DNA from: Octopus vulgaris
Lineage: Eukaryota
Length of the DNA stretch: 64,000 bases
Assembly (NCBI GenBank): GCA_951406725.2
Contig: OX597828.1
Coordinates: 62,001-126,000, forward strand
Reading direction: 5' to 3'
The notes under the pieces: generated by a model
Told to the model about the DNA's origin: nothing
The model's input: only the letters and a program-made list of their open reading frames with translations
The model's database searches: none
Translations under genes and position numbers: made by a program
In this document: one piece after another, positions 1 through 13,873 of the stretch
Layout: every line of letters begins with the position of its first letter
Numbering within the stretch: position 1 is the stretch's first letter

Positions 1-255
1 ATCCTACCGTTACCTCAGCTCCTCATGATGCACAATACTACCACCTCATCACACGGGACTACCACACCACACGAGACTACTGCCACCACACCACATGAAC
101 ACGCCGTCACTGTTGCACGAGAAACTGAGACGCTACGAGTCCGGACAAAAAAACACAAATGCTTTCCACTATCAAAATACCAAATACCAAAATAAACATT
201 ACATACATACATGTATATACACACACACACACACACATATATGGACTTTTTCTAT

Positions 256-290
256 ATTTCTGCTGAAGAGTTCCGCTCGAAATGTGAAAT
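256..290 (+). ncRNA. Degenerate minimal type I hammerhead-like motif in a Penelope-like tail (~243-392)
   Basis: ATTT-CTGCTGA-A-GAG(ttccg)CTC-GAAA-TGT-G-AAAT. Helices I and II pair, but A6 is C and the cleavage nucleotide is G. The downstream T-rich tail resembles that at 45880-45976. Confidence 0.5.
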
Positions 291-408
291 CCTCTTTCTT
301 TTCTTTCCTTTCCTGAGCGTCCAATAACACTGTACTTATTCCACGTCCTTGCATTGTTGTCTTTTCTTGCGTATTCATATTTGGATTAACTCTGTCTGTC
401 TGTCTATA

Positions 409-1650
409 CGAAGTCTGATCAATAAGCATCCGGATTGGTGCTATAGAAACAAAACCACAACGCATACCAATTTAGCATTATATCTCCTTCGGAGCCGCAC
501 ACTTAATCCACCGTTGTTTCCGTTGATGGAAGCATTTCTGGAACTCATTTTCTGGGATAACCAGCAGCTGCCTCGGCACATTTGATTTTTGGAAAGAGGA
601 AAAAGTCGCAAGGGGCGAGATCTGGGGAATACAGTGGCTGTTGGACCTGGGGAATGCTGTGACTGGCCCAAAACTCCTACACACGCTGCACTGAATGGGC
701 AGGTACGCTGTCACGGTGTAGTTGCCACCCACCTGACGCATCAAATTGTGACTTTTTCCAACGAACAGCATCCCACAAACGCCGCAAAACGTCACCGTAG
801 TACTCCTTATTTACTGTCTGACCAGGTGGAACATTCTCATGATGAACAATCCCCTTGTAGTCGAAGAAAACAGTCAACGGTGGCTTCATATTGCTTCAAC
901 TCAGTCGTGCTTTCTTCGGTCTAGGGGAGGTTGAGGTTGAGGTCTTCCACTGCGAAGACCGATCCTTTGTTTCGGGGTCATAGCCATAGACCCACGATTC
1001 GTCACCCGTTATGACCATTTTTAAAAGTTTTCACCGTTCTCGACATAATCAAGATCTTGTGCAACTGACTCCTGAGTGTCTTTTTGGTCAGCTGAAAGCA
1101 GTTTTGGAAAAAAATGAGCAGACACGCGACTTATACCCAAATCTTCAGTGATAATGGACTGAACTGAACCGTAATTAATCTGCACATCCTCTGATAACTC
1201 ACGGATGATGATTCGACGATTTCCCTCACAGTTGCACGCACATCTGCAATATTTTCCTCAGTTCTGCTGGCTGCGGGTCTTCCAGAACGTTCGTCAATAT
1301 CGACATTTTTTCGGCTATCTAGTAAACGTCTCAACCACTCGTACACTTGTGTGCGGCTCATACACTTTCTGCAAATTTGTGTAGGCCTCTGATCAGGTAT
1401 CGTCAAGCTTTTGGCAAAATTTGATGCAGATTCTCTGCTCAACTTTTTCTGTCATGGTCAATGCGATGATCACATGCTACACACGTTCCTTCCAAGCGCT
1501 GTAGTAAATAGTGGAAGTGAGCTACAAAAGTTAAAACTTAGTGCGCATGCACAGCAGAGTTCAAGGTCAATCTGTGTCAAGCGTCGTCACTCTGCGTGCT
1601 TTAGCTTCGTTACTATGGCAGCACTCCGGATACTTATTGGCCAGACCACT
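409..1650 (-). mobile_element. Full-length decayed mariner DNA transposon (~1.24 kb)
   Basis: Imperfect TIRs (gtctgatcaataagcatccgga / tccggatacttattggccagac) flanked by TA. Minus-strand fragments VYEWLRR..DDERSGRP-like (1131-1442) and VFFDYKGIVHHENVPPGQTVNKEYY..WQLHRDSVPAH (677-889) are typical of mariner transposase; the frame is broken. Confidence 0.92.
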
Positions 1651-1681
1651 TATATACATACATGCATATACGCATGTATGT

Positions 1682-1996
1682 AGCACGCCGGGCGAAATGC
1701 TTACGTTCTGAGTTCAAATTCCGCCGGGGTCGATAAATTAAGTACCAGTTACGCACTGGGGCCGATGTAATCGACTTAATCCGTTCGTCTGTCCTTGTTT
1801 GTCCCCTCTATGTTTAGCCCCTTGAGGGTAATAAAGAAATAGGTATTTCGTCTGTCTTTATGTTCTGAGTTCAAATTCCGCCGAGGTCGACTTTGCCTTT
1901 CATCCTTTCGGGGTCGATAAATTAAGTACCTGTTGCGTACTGGGGTCGATCTAATCGATTGCCCCCCCTCCCCAAAATTCCGGGCTTGTGCCTATA
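1682..1996 (+). mobile_element. tRNA-derived SINE family A, partial tandem form
   Basis: B-box-like gagttcaaattcc and central gtcgactttgcctttcatcctttcggggtcgataaattaagtacc (Meta-domain-like). Matches copies at 6792-7195, 19176-19403 and 25700-25985. Confidence 0.85.
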
Positions 1997-2484
1997 AGTT
2001 ATTCTCTGACTAAACAGCTGACCCCTCAATATTTGTAATAGACTAGATTCCGCTGATGACAATCGAAGAGTAGACGCTGGTGCTAAACAAGGAGACGCTT
2101 CACGTCTACCAACATATGTTGTATGACATTTACATCCGATTAGTTATGACTAAATTATATGGTCAACGTCTTTCTTACTGTTGCTGCTGTTGATGTTGAT
2201 GACGACGATGATGATGCTGTTGTTGACGATGACCAAATCACTCGCATCTGGGCAGCAAACAAGAAACAAAACCGAAAAACCTTTCTGAACTCCACTGCAA
2301 GTCAATAAGATGCCGACGTTTGATTGGTTGACACGTCTCACACGTGATGTCGTCTTCTTATTCGGATGAAAAGACATCTCTCATGTCGATAAGTGAATAT
2401 AATATATACACCTATTGCTAGGTGTATATATAACTAGAAATTACATGGACATTTGTACATAGGTTCACACATACATACGCACAT

Positions 2485-2645
2485 ATCTTTTACTTGTTTC
2501 AGTCATTAGACTGCGGTCGTACTGGGGCACCGCCATAAAGAATTTTAGTCGAACGTATCAACCTTTGTACTTATTTTTTAAGAGTCTGCTACATTTTCTG
2601 TCGGTCTCTTTTGTTGAACGGTTATGTTACAGGAATATAAACACA
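2485..2645 (-). mobile_element. SINE family B, 3' fragment
   Basis: Reverse complement matches the 3' half of the full copy at 39315-39750 (tactTgtttcagtcatt..gactgc..). Confidence 0.7.
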
Positions 2646-2783
2646 TCACACAGCAACGCCTGCACTTGTACACGCTTCTATACGTAGCTTTATTACGTTC
2701 TGTACTCGACGAACGCTTCTTTCCGAAACATAAGTAAAGTCAGTTCAAACGCCAGGTTGTTAGTATTGCTATATCGAAACAAA

Positions 2784-2845
<62 letters not shown>

Positions 2846-2972
2846 CATACATACATACATGTATACATACATAGATACACACACATATACATACACACAC
2901 ATATACATACACACATATACATACATACATTACATTATACACACAAACGGACACACAGACACACGCTTATAT

Positions 2973-3416
2973 TCTCCATGACAAAACACAGTGAATTGTT
3001 CTCTTACGGGTTCGAATATGCCTCAAGCATATTTGAACCGGTAACAAGTTTATATTTATCCACCTCACTGGTTCGTTATTCTCTTTATGGCAATCCGCCT
3101 GAATAGCGCAACCAGTCACTGAACGATGACGGGAATATCATAAGAGAGAGTTGTCTCTCTTGTCAGTTCGCAGCATCCGACTTTCCGGTATCTGTTGCTG
3201 AAGAGGAACTAACCTCTCTGAAAAGCTGCATCCCACAGTCTGGGGAGGGTGTGTGTGTGTGACTCGGTGATCTATCTCGGTGTATTTACACTTTAACTTT
3301 ACAGCGAGAAATTTCTTCCATGAGAAAAATACAGTGTATGGCTTTTCATGGGTTCGAATATGCCTCAAGCATATTTTAAACTGGTAATAGCTTTGTATTT
3401 ATACACATCACTGCTT
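2973..3416. repeat. ~343-bp-period unit with ~100-bp terminal direct repeats, each carrying a hairpin
   Basis: ccatga.aaaa.acagtg...gggttcgaatatgcctcaagcatattt.aac.ggtaa...tttat.cac.tcactg.tt occurs at 2973-3072 and 3316-3416, between two microsatellites. Confidence 0.7.
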
Positions 3417-3432
3417 AACGCTGCCACCTTGC

Positions 3433-3433
<1 letters not shown>

Positions 3434-3463
<30 letters not shown>

Positions 3464-3577
3464 TGTATGTATGTATGTATGTATGTATGTATGTATGTAT
3501 GTATGTATGTATGTATGTATGTATGTGTGTATGCATGTATGTATGTATGTATGCATGCATGCATGCATGTATGTATG

Positions 3578-3613
<36 letters not shown>

Positions 3614-3680
3614 TGTATGTATGCATACATGTATGTATGTATGTATGTATGTATGTATGTATGTATGTATGTGTGTATGT
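3434..3680. repeat. (TATG)n microsatellite
   Basis: Direct inspection; one of many such tracts. Confidence 0.98.
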
Positions 3681-4982
3681 AATGATAGCCAGAATGATAG
3701 CCTTAAACTGCTTCAATGCAAGTTACTTGAGGTTCGATGAATAATTTAATGGACGTCTCGCTTCTCCCTTTCTCTTTATCCCTCTCCTTCCTAACATCTC
3801 TCCATTGCATTCATCATGTGCACCCGACTCCAGTCCCTTTCTATTAACTGTTATGGCTCAGGGGTTACAGAATAGCTATGCTACTCTCCTGCAGTTCACC
3901 AGCCTCTCCGATCACCTTGGACTGTTGAAGTAGCCGTAAGAAGGTGTTTCTTATGGCCAGATCACATTTTCACTGCATTGTCCTAGGAACAGATGTTCGT
4001 TAGATTTGAGATAAGATCTCCAAAGTGACCAAAGACTCGGAAGACCTGACCATATCGAACGATCTGAAAATCAATTAGATCTGTTTCCTATTTTATTTCA
4101 ACCACAAAAATAGAAAACCTCCTTCACCCAGTTTCCTCATCAGCTCCAATTAGGATGACTGGGTAGTTTTTTTTTTATTCCTTCTTTTATCTGGATGTTC
4201 CCAAATTGTCACAGGCATTAGTATCCTTAGAGTTACCTGGCCATTTGAGCAGAATCTTGCGCTGTTGTTACCTCCCACCTCAGCACGTAGCCTCAATCAT
4301 CACACACGAGCCTCCAGTGTACACATTTTCACCAAGCGCCTTCTAGATCCTCAAACTCACTACCTTCTCTGTTTATCTGTCACCGCAACATCTCTCCTTC
4401 CCTTACACCATGTCTTCAGTCCGGTGTTAAGTTCCATTTTTTTTGTACACCCAGATAGATATAGACAGTCTCTACCCTCATGCACTCAACCCAGAGGAAC
4501 TTTTAGGTTGTGATAATTGGCTAGACAGGGTACCACATCCATTTAACTTAAAGATGGAAGATTTACAGCCACAGCACATCGATATCACCGGTTCTCGCCG
4601 CCATATCATCGACGTTCAGCAACATCGAGCTTAATAAGTACTTAAATGGGTAACCAATGGGAAATCTAGGGGTTGCAAGCATGCCCTTTTCCATTTTGTA
4701 GAGTTGTACAGCAGCAGGAGACGTCCAAGAATGATGTATGATAGAACGGCCTCTAAATATAGAGGGTAACCGCAACTAAACTAGCTTCATGATTAATAAA
4801 CAGTGAAAGCCGAACAATGGCAGAGATGACCAAGAAGTAGTCATCAGGAAGTTGATACTGAAGGATCTACAGACAACTGTTTATAACATGTGATGTTGTC
4901 CTGTAACAGGGTGGGAAATAGTTGCCTTAAAATAAATGAGTAAATATATAAATATGTATACACACACACAAATATATGTATG

Positions 4983-5056
4983 TATGTGTGCATATATGTA
5001 CGTACGTATTGTTTATATGGTTGGAATTATAGGAAATAATGGTGTTTTATGGGAAG

Positions 5057-5096
<40 letters not shown>

Positions 5097-5169
5097 TTCC
5101 CATAAAACACCATTATTTCCTATAATTCCAACCATATAAACAATACATACGTACATATATGCACACATA
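4983..5169. repeat. Near-perfect palindrome centred on a (TA)n tract
   Basis: Arms 4983-5057 and 5095-5169 are reverse complements with one visible mismatch. Confidence 0.92.
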
Positions 5170-5173
5170 TATA

Positions 5174-5331
<158 letters not shown>

Positions 5332-6620
5332 CATGTATATGTATATACACATACACTTAAATGCGTGTGTACGTATACCTTACAAAGCTAAACGACTGAG
5401 ACACCTTTGATGTCTTGTCTTTTTAGGTGAAACTGTGAAACCCACACCGACATACAAATAGAGGTGTGTATGTGTACACACACATACACATACCTGTATA
5501 CATGAATATAATACATACCACGGTACTGTTTTCTTCTTCTTCTTTCTCCTTTGTCCATTATATGTGTGTGAGAGTGTTGGGCGCAGCTCATTTTCTTCAA
5601 CCCAAGCTCTCATAATTCTCTTCCTGTTTAATGAAGTGTTACATTACTTACAACAGATCATTCCTATCTTCCCACAAACACACCCATTATTTCAGTTGTT
5701 AGAAATAGCAGCCATAATTTCCTGAAATCACACACAATACTCTCTTAAAGAGCATTACGGAGTCACTGTATAGTGGCTTGATTCTCTGGAAATAGACAAA
5801 TCTGCCTGGAAACACGTTATTGTCTTAAATTATATAGAATAATATAAAGTAAAAGAAATTGAATAAAGTAGATCTTGATATTTATGAAAAAGGGATAGTC
5901 ATGGCTGGAGAACCTTTGATTATCAGTTTACTGGAAGAAAGGAGACGCTGATTTGGAGATAAACAGCAAAAACCACCAATAACTACGAGAAGAAGAAATA
6001 TCAGAAACTGACTTTCAGCACTTTCTTCAATACGAGGGTGGTATTGCGGTCAACGAAACATAAAAGTTAAAAGCAATATTATCACAAAGTATGCGGCAAC
6101 CCTTTAGGTCAGTGACCCTTAAATTAGGGGTTAAAGTAAAATTCTGAAAAGGTCATAAAAACAAAATCTGTTAATTTTAAGATATTTAATAACATTTCAA
6201 AAGTTTCGAGATGCTTTTATGTTAGGGAGGGTAAAGAGGAATACAACGAAGGTTTTTGTGTATGATATTGTTGTGTGGTGCTACAGGAAAAAAAAAACGT
6301 ACTCAATTGTGGAAACAAACAGGACTCTCCAGACACCACTGGTGTTAGAAAAGTACAGAAGAAATAGGACATCTCTGGACCATTGATAAGGAGTTTGAAA
6401 ACCGAGAACCCAAGACACGCATTCAGTTTCATACCTATTATTATTGAGATAAGTTATGCGAACATACCTGGAACAAAGTGCGTTTGAATTTGTGTTCTTG
6501 GGGAGAGAATGCAATTCCCTAACTCGAACACTTACAAATGATAAAATGATCAGGATATCTGGGAGTAAAAAGTCTGCAACTTAAAGAATGATGAGGAAAA
6601 TACACACACACACACACACA

Positions 6621-6663
<43 letters not shown>

Positions 6664-6791
6664 CCCCCCACACCCCCCACAGAAAGGTGCAGGACTGATT
6701 GTGTAGTAAGAAGCTTGCTTTCCAACCATATGGTTCCGGGTTCATATGAATGGCACGTTGGGCAAGTATCTTCTGCTGTAGACCAAGCCTT

Positions 6792-7195
6792 TATTTCTTT
6801 ACTACCCACATGGGGCTATACACAGAGGGGACAAACAAGGACAGACAAACGGATTAAGTCGATTACATCGACCCCAGTGCGTAACTGGTACTTAATTTAT
6901 CGACCCCGAAAGGAGGAAAGGCGAAGTCGACCTCGGCGGAATTTGAACTCAGAACGTAGCGACAGACGAAATACCTATTTCTTTACTACCCACATGAGGC
7001 TAAACACAAAGGGGACAAACAAGGACAGACAAACGGATTAAGTCGATTACATCGACCCCAGTGCGTAACTGGTACTTAATTTATCGACCCCGAAAGGAGG
7101 AAAGGCAAAGTCGACCTCGGCGGAATTTGAACTCAGAACGTAGCGGCAGACGAAATACCGCTAAGCATTTCGCCCGGCATGCTAACAATTCTGCC
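6792..7195 (-). mobile_element. SINE family A, dimeric copy (184-bp internal repeat)
   Basis: tatttctttactacccaca recurs at 6792 and 6976; tRNA-like head at the right end. Inserted within a family B SINE (6685-6790 and ~7280-7550). Confidence 0.88.
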
Positions 7196-7279
7196 ATTTT
7201 GCGGCTTATCCTTGTGAATGGATTTGGTTGACCAATCCTTGTGATTGGGGCCGATCAATGAATGGGCCCATTCAATCCT

Positions 7280-7550
7280 TGTGAATGGGGTCTTCTGCTG
7301 TAGACTCGGGGGCCGACCAATCCCTGTGAATGGATTTGGTTGACGGAAACTGACATAAGCTCGTCGCATGCGCATATGTATTTAACTATGTGTGTGTATC
7401 TTTGAATCTGTGTTTGTCTGCCACCACCGCTTGTCAACCGGTGTTGGTGTGTTTACGTCTCCGCAACTTTTGTTCGGCTAAACCCTTCAAGGTGGTGCTC
7501 CAGCATGGCAGCAGTCAAATGAATGAAGCAAGTAAATAGATAAAAGTAAA
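7280..7550 (+). mobile_element. SINE family B, 3' portion
   Basis: gaatggatttggt.gacggaaactga...ggtgctccagcatggc.gcagtcaaatga matches 39315-39750. Confidence 0.8.
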
Positions 7551-7619
7551 ATATGTATATATATGTATATATGTGTGTGTGTGTGTGCATATATATATAT
7601 ATATATGGAGAGAGGAAGG

Positions 7620-7714
<95 letters not shown>

Positions 7715-8417
7715 CCGTCAGTGATTTCTTCATGAAATTGAAGATGAATTCCCTGACAGTGACAGGGAGATAATCCATGAAAGTTAAAGTAAATTTCCAG
7801 AATGTACGAGTTACTTCCCATGCCACATATTTTAATCCAATCGCGTTTAACTAAGTTAATCATGATCGAACCAACGAATGATCAAAGACTTTCCAGCCAT
7901 GACTCACTTCTCTATTTTAGGACCAGTATAACTACTGTACTAAATGTAGTCCTTTTTTATTTCTCAAGTCAGTGTTTGAATTTAGGTGCATTTCGCCGCT
8001 ATTGTTAGCAGAGAGAATAGCCATGTAGAGTCACCGTCGTGGGTTCGATAGTAAATGAATACAAAGTACATTAAGTTCCAGTTGTATACGGGTGGGTGTG
8101 GTCCAATTGACTACAAATCTAGGCTTGTATGATATCACATAAAAATAACGATTACTATTGTTGTCGCCGCCGCCACCGCCGTTGTCGTTGTTATTGTTGT
8201 TGTTGTTTGTCTAATTTCAGGTCAGCTCTCAATGATCAAATCTAGAATTTAGAAACGTTCCTTTCATAGCCATTTTGTCTTATGAATGGAGGATGTGATT
8301 CTTTGAAGTGAGATCCATCCACCCATCCATCGATCTCCTCCCTCCCTCCATCCACCCATCCATCTACCCATCCATCCATCCATCCATCCATCCATCCATC
8401 CATCCATCCATCCATCC

Positions 8418-8492
<75 letters not shown>

Positions 8493-8529
8493 CATCCATC
8501 GTGTATAAGGTATTTGAGGACAGTTATAC

Positions 8530-9805
8530 ACTTACACAAAAATGACTCTTAGATACAGACAATAATGGTTTCTTACTAAAAAAATGGTTTTGAAGATAAG
8601 AATAAACATATTGATTCGACATTTTATTCAATAAAATATCCTTCAGCTTCAATAACGGCTTCTATGCGAAGTCTGAATCGCCTAGATGCCAGGATCGAGT
8701 GGTCTGTGTTCATATTGGACATATCTGACTATGGAGGCTTTTAGGGATTCTTTGGTGTTATGAGGGTGCTCATTAACCTCTTTCTCAACTATGCTTCTTG
8801 CATAGTAGTCCAATGGATTGAGATCTGGGGGAGCTAGGAGGCCAAATGTTGGGGGTTATGTGGTCATGAATATTTTCCGCCATTCTTTCCTGCGTTGCTG
8901 TAGCCTTGTGTGATGGTATCGAATCTTGTTGAATCGCATAAGGCCTTCCATTGCGTACATTAGTGATCCATGGCTTAACCACTGGATTCAGAACATCTAT
9001 GTAGGCAGCAGATTTTACTCGAAGACCTTGTGGAAAGAGGTGAGGAGGCATCACATGTCCTTCATTGTTGACAACCCCCCCACCAAAAAAAAAAACCATG
9101 GGGGTTGCAGGGAATTTTGTATGCATTACTCTTGGAACTCCTGAAGGGTCTGTACATAGCCATCTGTCATTTCTTCTGTTTACTTTCTGATCTTGATCAA
9201 AGATTTTCTCGTCTGAGAAGAACCAAAGGACATATTTCTCTTCTGGGTTTTTAAGTTTGTTCAGGGGTCTTTTAAGCGATTTTCCTTCACTGTTTCTGAC
9301 ATGAAATGACCTTTTCTCATCGTATAAGATTTGTATCTGATGTCTTTGTGGACAACATTTCGGATTGTTCCTTCTGACACATGGTGTTCTTTTGCAACCA
9401 ACGTTCATGGATCTTCTGAGATTGTCATTAATGGTCAGCTTTTCTTGTTGAATAAATTCTGGTGCTCTAATAGTATCAGTGTGCCTACAATGTTTCTTGC
9501 GTTTTGATACTGGCGATACACTTCCGTCTTTAGCTTCTAACTCTTTGCGAATTTTGTAGATTAAGGGTCTAGTGACTTTTAAAAATCGTGCTATCTCTAG
9601 ATTGCTATGTTCAGCCTTTATAGTCACGATGACTGCGTGCCTTTTCATTTCTTGTGTAATCATAGGGTCTGGCATTGATAATTCTGACATATAGAAAATA
9701 TTGATAAATATGAGAGTCAAGACTATTGAAAAGGTTGCAAGACGCAACGAAAATTTTAGGAAAATAAAAATAAGAAAAAAGTGGAAATTTTACCGGTGAG
9801 TGTGT
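8530..9805 (-). mobile_element. Decayed Tc1/mariner transposon (maT/DD37D-like) with transposase pseudogene
   Basis: ORF 8785-9747 contains HTH-like LEIARFLKV, FFSDEKIF, QQDSIPSH and WPPSSP motifs; internal frameshifts; termini approximate. Confidence 0.85.
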
Positions 9806-9976
9806 TACATTATAAGGCACAAAAAGAAAATGACTGTCCCCAGACACAACAGAATATGTTTCAACACACGAACTCATATAAAGAACCTTGCAAACCAAAT
9901 ACAAAAGCGAAAAATAAATATGATGTTACAGTAAAATTAACATATGTCCTTAACTACCTTACGCATCCCACGTGTG

Positions 9977-10067
<91 letters not shown>

Positions 10068-10259
10068 TGACACACATTCTCACACACATCACGCACAAAC
10101 ATATACTCTGGCCAATTATGCACTCTCTTTGCCTTCAAGAATCACACAATTTTTATCACTCTCCACTTCCGGTTAGTAATCCTTGGGCCATGTAACGACT
10201 CAGTTGCTTTCTCTCAGCTTCTTCCTTTTTAGCCACTTCTGTCGACTGTTTTCCTCAAC

Positions 10260-10286
10260 CCGACGAAGAGCCATGCTCAACATGTA
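10260..10286 (+). ncRNA. Degenerate hammerhead-like motif
   Basis: CCGACGA-A-GAGC(cat)GCTC-AACATGTA. GA of GAAA is deleted and there is no clear helix I; palindromic ACATGT stem III; same layout as 45847. Confidence 0.4.
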
Positions 10287-10459
10287 ATATTTTTTATTCC
10301 TATTTTTCTTATCTAAAATTTTCACTATATTCACTGTGTGCGTCTGACTGACTATTGTTCTTTTTTGCTTCCCTTCGTTCTTGGATTTGCCGATATTATG
10401 GACTCTCTCGTCGGTTTCGAAGTATGAGTATCCGAGAACCCACTCTTTCTTTGTCAGTC

Positions 10460-11220
10460 ATAATGCTTATATCGAATGTGACATTTAAGTCCCGCCAACG
10501 ATTTACAAAAAAGCTCGCGGATCCTGCAGGTATGAGGATTACAGGTCAATGCAGGTGGTATATTCGCTTCCGTTTTCCTCCTTTGCAGGTATGAGGATTA
10601 CAGGTCAATGCAGGTGGTATATTCGCTTCCGTTTTCCTCCTTTGCCCTGCACTCCGAAGCCCTATAATGTTGGTTGCAACAAAGTTTCTAATACCGTTTT
10701 AACACAATGATCTCCATTTTCTTCGCCCCAAGGCCGTTCGCTCAGATTTGTTGTGAGCTAGCTTCATTTCTAAGAGTTTACTCATCAGCTTGTCCTTATA
10801 TCTGAGCCATGGTCGACCGATATTCCTGTACCGACTCTCAAGCTTTGGGTATTCTTTCATCACTCATTCTGACCAGCCGAGCACAATTGTGATTCCATAA
10901 GGAAGCTCTCGATTCCACCAATCTTACACTTAGTAAATAGGTCGGCATTAAAAACTCTGTCTTTTAGTGAATGGCCGCAGATTGTCCTCAGACAGTCTTT
11001 GTGCAAGATATCTAGTTGGTTGATGTGTCATCTGTAGGGTATCCACGATGATTCTGAGCCATACAAGAGAGTAGTGAGAATGGCAGCTTTATGGACCTGC
11101 ATTTTGGTGTCAAGTTTGATGTCCCTTTCCTTCCATAGCCGATGATGGAGTTTGCCAAATGCGTTGGTTGCCTTTGCAAGACGGTTGATGATTTCATCAT
11201 CAAGAGAAGCGATCGAATTC
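10460..11220 (-). pseudogene. RTE-clade LINE ORF2 C-terminal remnant
   Basis: SLDDEIINRLAKATNAFGKLHHRLWKERDIKLDTKMQVHKAAILTTLLYGSESSW is the typical RTE post-RT region. A 59-bp tandem duplication lies at ~10525-10642. Confidence 0.85.
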
Positions 11221-11239
11221 ACTTTACTAACAAGATATG

Positions 11240-11487
11240 TAACGCACTTTCTGCAAATTTGCCTAGGTCTCTGAGCAGGTAACATCATGATAACTTTCAT
11301 GCGACGATCACGCGCTACATACCTTCTTTTCAAGCACTGTTGTAAACAGCGGAAGTGAGCTAGAACGTTAAAACTTAGTGCGCATGTACAGCAGAGTTCA
11401 AGGTCTATCTTTGCCAAGCGGTTTTACTCTGCGTGTTTTAGCTTCGTTACTATGGCAACAGTCCTGATACTTATTGATCATACCTCG
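11240..11487 (-). mobile_element. Mariner 5'-end fragment, same family as 409-1650
   Basis: Matches 1360-1650, including the TIR gatacttattgatcatacctcg-TA. Confidence 0.85.
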
Positions 11488-11784
11488 TAGTTTAAAGCAC
11501 TCAAGTATAATGGATTAACACGCAACACAGACACGAGAGAGGTAGAGAGAGGGGAGAGAAAGAAAGACAGTGTGTGTTAGGGATGTTCGCAAGTCTGTAT
11601 TCGTTTAAATAAACATATGGAAGATTTCAATAACGCATCCATCCTTTCACATTCTTGGAACTAGTTCTGTGACGTCACTCTTCTTGCACTTCCGTAGGAG
11701 TGGCGAGGTGAGTAAACTAGACTCTTAAAGGTTTATAGATGCTTCCTCTGGCCCCATTTTTACATGTACACAAACAAACACACA

Positions 11785-11818
<34 letters not shown>

Positions 11819-11840
11819 TTCTCCACTAAAATATTTTCTA

Positions 11841-11890
<50 letters not shown>

Positions 11891-11911
11891 CATACACACA
11901 CACATACGTAC

Positions 11912-11983
<72 letters not shown>

Positions 11984-11988
11984 TTACA

Positions 11989-12228
11989 CAGGTTTGGCCA
12001 AAAGTTACCCGACAGTAAGTCAACATTACATAAATAATTAATACTCAATTTCATTTATTCATTCCAATTATGAATGCTTAATAATTGAATGGTCTGAGTT
12101 AAAAATCATTGTTTTTTTTTTCAACATTTGTCTATTTATTAGCGAAGTCTCATATAAAATAATTTTTTGCTTTAATCTTGGAATTAAATGGTTTTGATTT
12201 ACTATCAAGAAACTTTTGGCTAACCCTT
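11989..12228. mobile_element. Tc1/mariner-type MITE
   Basis: Imperfect ~35-bp TIRs caggtttggccaaaagttacccgacagtaagtcaa / ttgatttactatcaagaaacttttggctaaccct, TA context, non-coding. Confidence 0.75.
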
Positions 12229-12458
12229 TATATATACATGCGTACATACTTACATTCATATGTATGTATATAATTAAAAAGTCAATAAAAGAAAATGGAG
12301 AGGAAAAATTAAAAAGATGCTTGGTTCATCTTATTTGTATTACAATTGAAAAAGTAATGCAAATTAAAATATTAAGAGACATAGCTGTAAGGACAAGAAT
12401 AAAAGGAACCGGAACAAGTATAAAAGGAACTGCATCAGCAAAATAACCCCAAAATATA

Positions 12459-12555
12459 TTCCACATATGTTTCAATATAACATTATTGGAGAATCATCAA
12501 TAATTGTAACTTTTAAAGATGTAATAAGCGGTATATTGTTAGATCTCTTCAGGAA
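12459..12555 (-). ncRNA. Hammerhead-like motif with long helix II in a Penelope-like tail (~12272-12600)
   Basis: Minus strand: TTC-CTGAAGA-gatctaaca...tgttatatt-GAAAC-ATAT-GT-G-GAA. Palindromic ACATATGT; the cleavage nucleotide is G, so probably inactive. Confidence 0.6.
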
Positions 12556-12597
12556 AAATAAGCACATTTTAATCTTTAGTCTGAGTCCTCAACTAAG

Positions 12598-12663
<66 letters not shown>

Positions 12664-12902
12664 ATTTGGTTGAATTCTGTACTTCAACTGAAGTGCCTAG
12701 TTAGGTCGATCTAATCTGCCAACCCAAACAATATCTGGTGAATATCAGACTCTGTGCAGAAGTGATATTCTTGCAGTGTATGCAGTTAATACGACCCAAC
12801 TTAGGGAAGGGACCCGCTCTTGTACACCTTTGTTACTCATTTATAGTACACATACACACATATATATACATACGTACATTTATACATACATACATACATA
12901 CA

Positions 12903-12993
<91 letters not shown>

Positions 12994-13202
12994 TACATAA
13001 ATACATAAATATATATACATAAATACATACACATATGTATATATATATATATATATGTATAATTAAAAATGAAGGTGTCTGAGAGACACCACCATGCCGA
13101 AATAGCAGTCGAAACTCTGACTATAAAAGCTACGTTAAATGTTCATATCGTACCATGAGATAAGACAGAGGGACAAAGTAGACAAGCAAAAGTTATTGAA
13201 TA

Positions 13203-13261
13203 ATTCAAGATCCAGGATTTCTGGTTTTGCTTTAAATAAGCTTTACCGTCATCGGTTGAAT
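13203..13261 (-). ncRNA. Type I hammerhead-like motif (U4C core), copy 1
   Basis: Reverse complement of 13874-13932. Confidence 0.72.
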
Positions 13262-13873
13262 ATATCAAGAGTACATAAATACAGATATATATATGCAGAA
13301 CAAACGATATACTTACATATACGAACGTCCATACATACATACATACATATGTACGTATGCACACGGCCAGTTAAATCGCCCGCCAAAACACCCCATAAGC
13401 ACGATATGGTTAAAATAAACACCGCAGTGAATATAATAACGAATTATATAAATTTATAAATGAGGATAATATCGATATTTAAATATCGATATTATCAAGT
13501 GGCCAGCATGGGAAAAAATACCGTACAAAGGTAATAATTTTTTACAATTAAAAATGAGGGTGTCTGAGAGACACCACCATGCCGAAATAGCAGTCGAAAC
13601 TCTGACTATAAAAGCCACGTTAAATGTTCATATCGTACCATGAGATAAGACAGAGGGACATATCGATATTATCCTCATTTATAAATTTATATAATTCGTT
13701 ATTATATAACACTGCGGTGTTTATTTTAACCATATCGTGCTTATGGGGTGTTTTGGCGGGCAATTTAACTGGCCTTGTGCATACGTACATATGTATGTAT
13801 GTATGGACGTTCGTATATGTAAGTATATCGTTTGTTCTGCATATATATATCTGTATTTATGTACTCTTGATAT

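Noticed and set aside
2701-2740. tcgacga...gaaacataagta motif
   Set aside because: Core and helix II too degenerate to count as a hammerhead.
3195-3232. CTGAAGA-GG..CC..GAAA motif inside the 343-bp unit
   Set aside because: Helix II register is incompatible with GAAA placement and there is no valid NUH or helix I.
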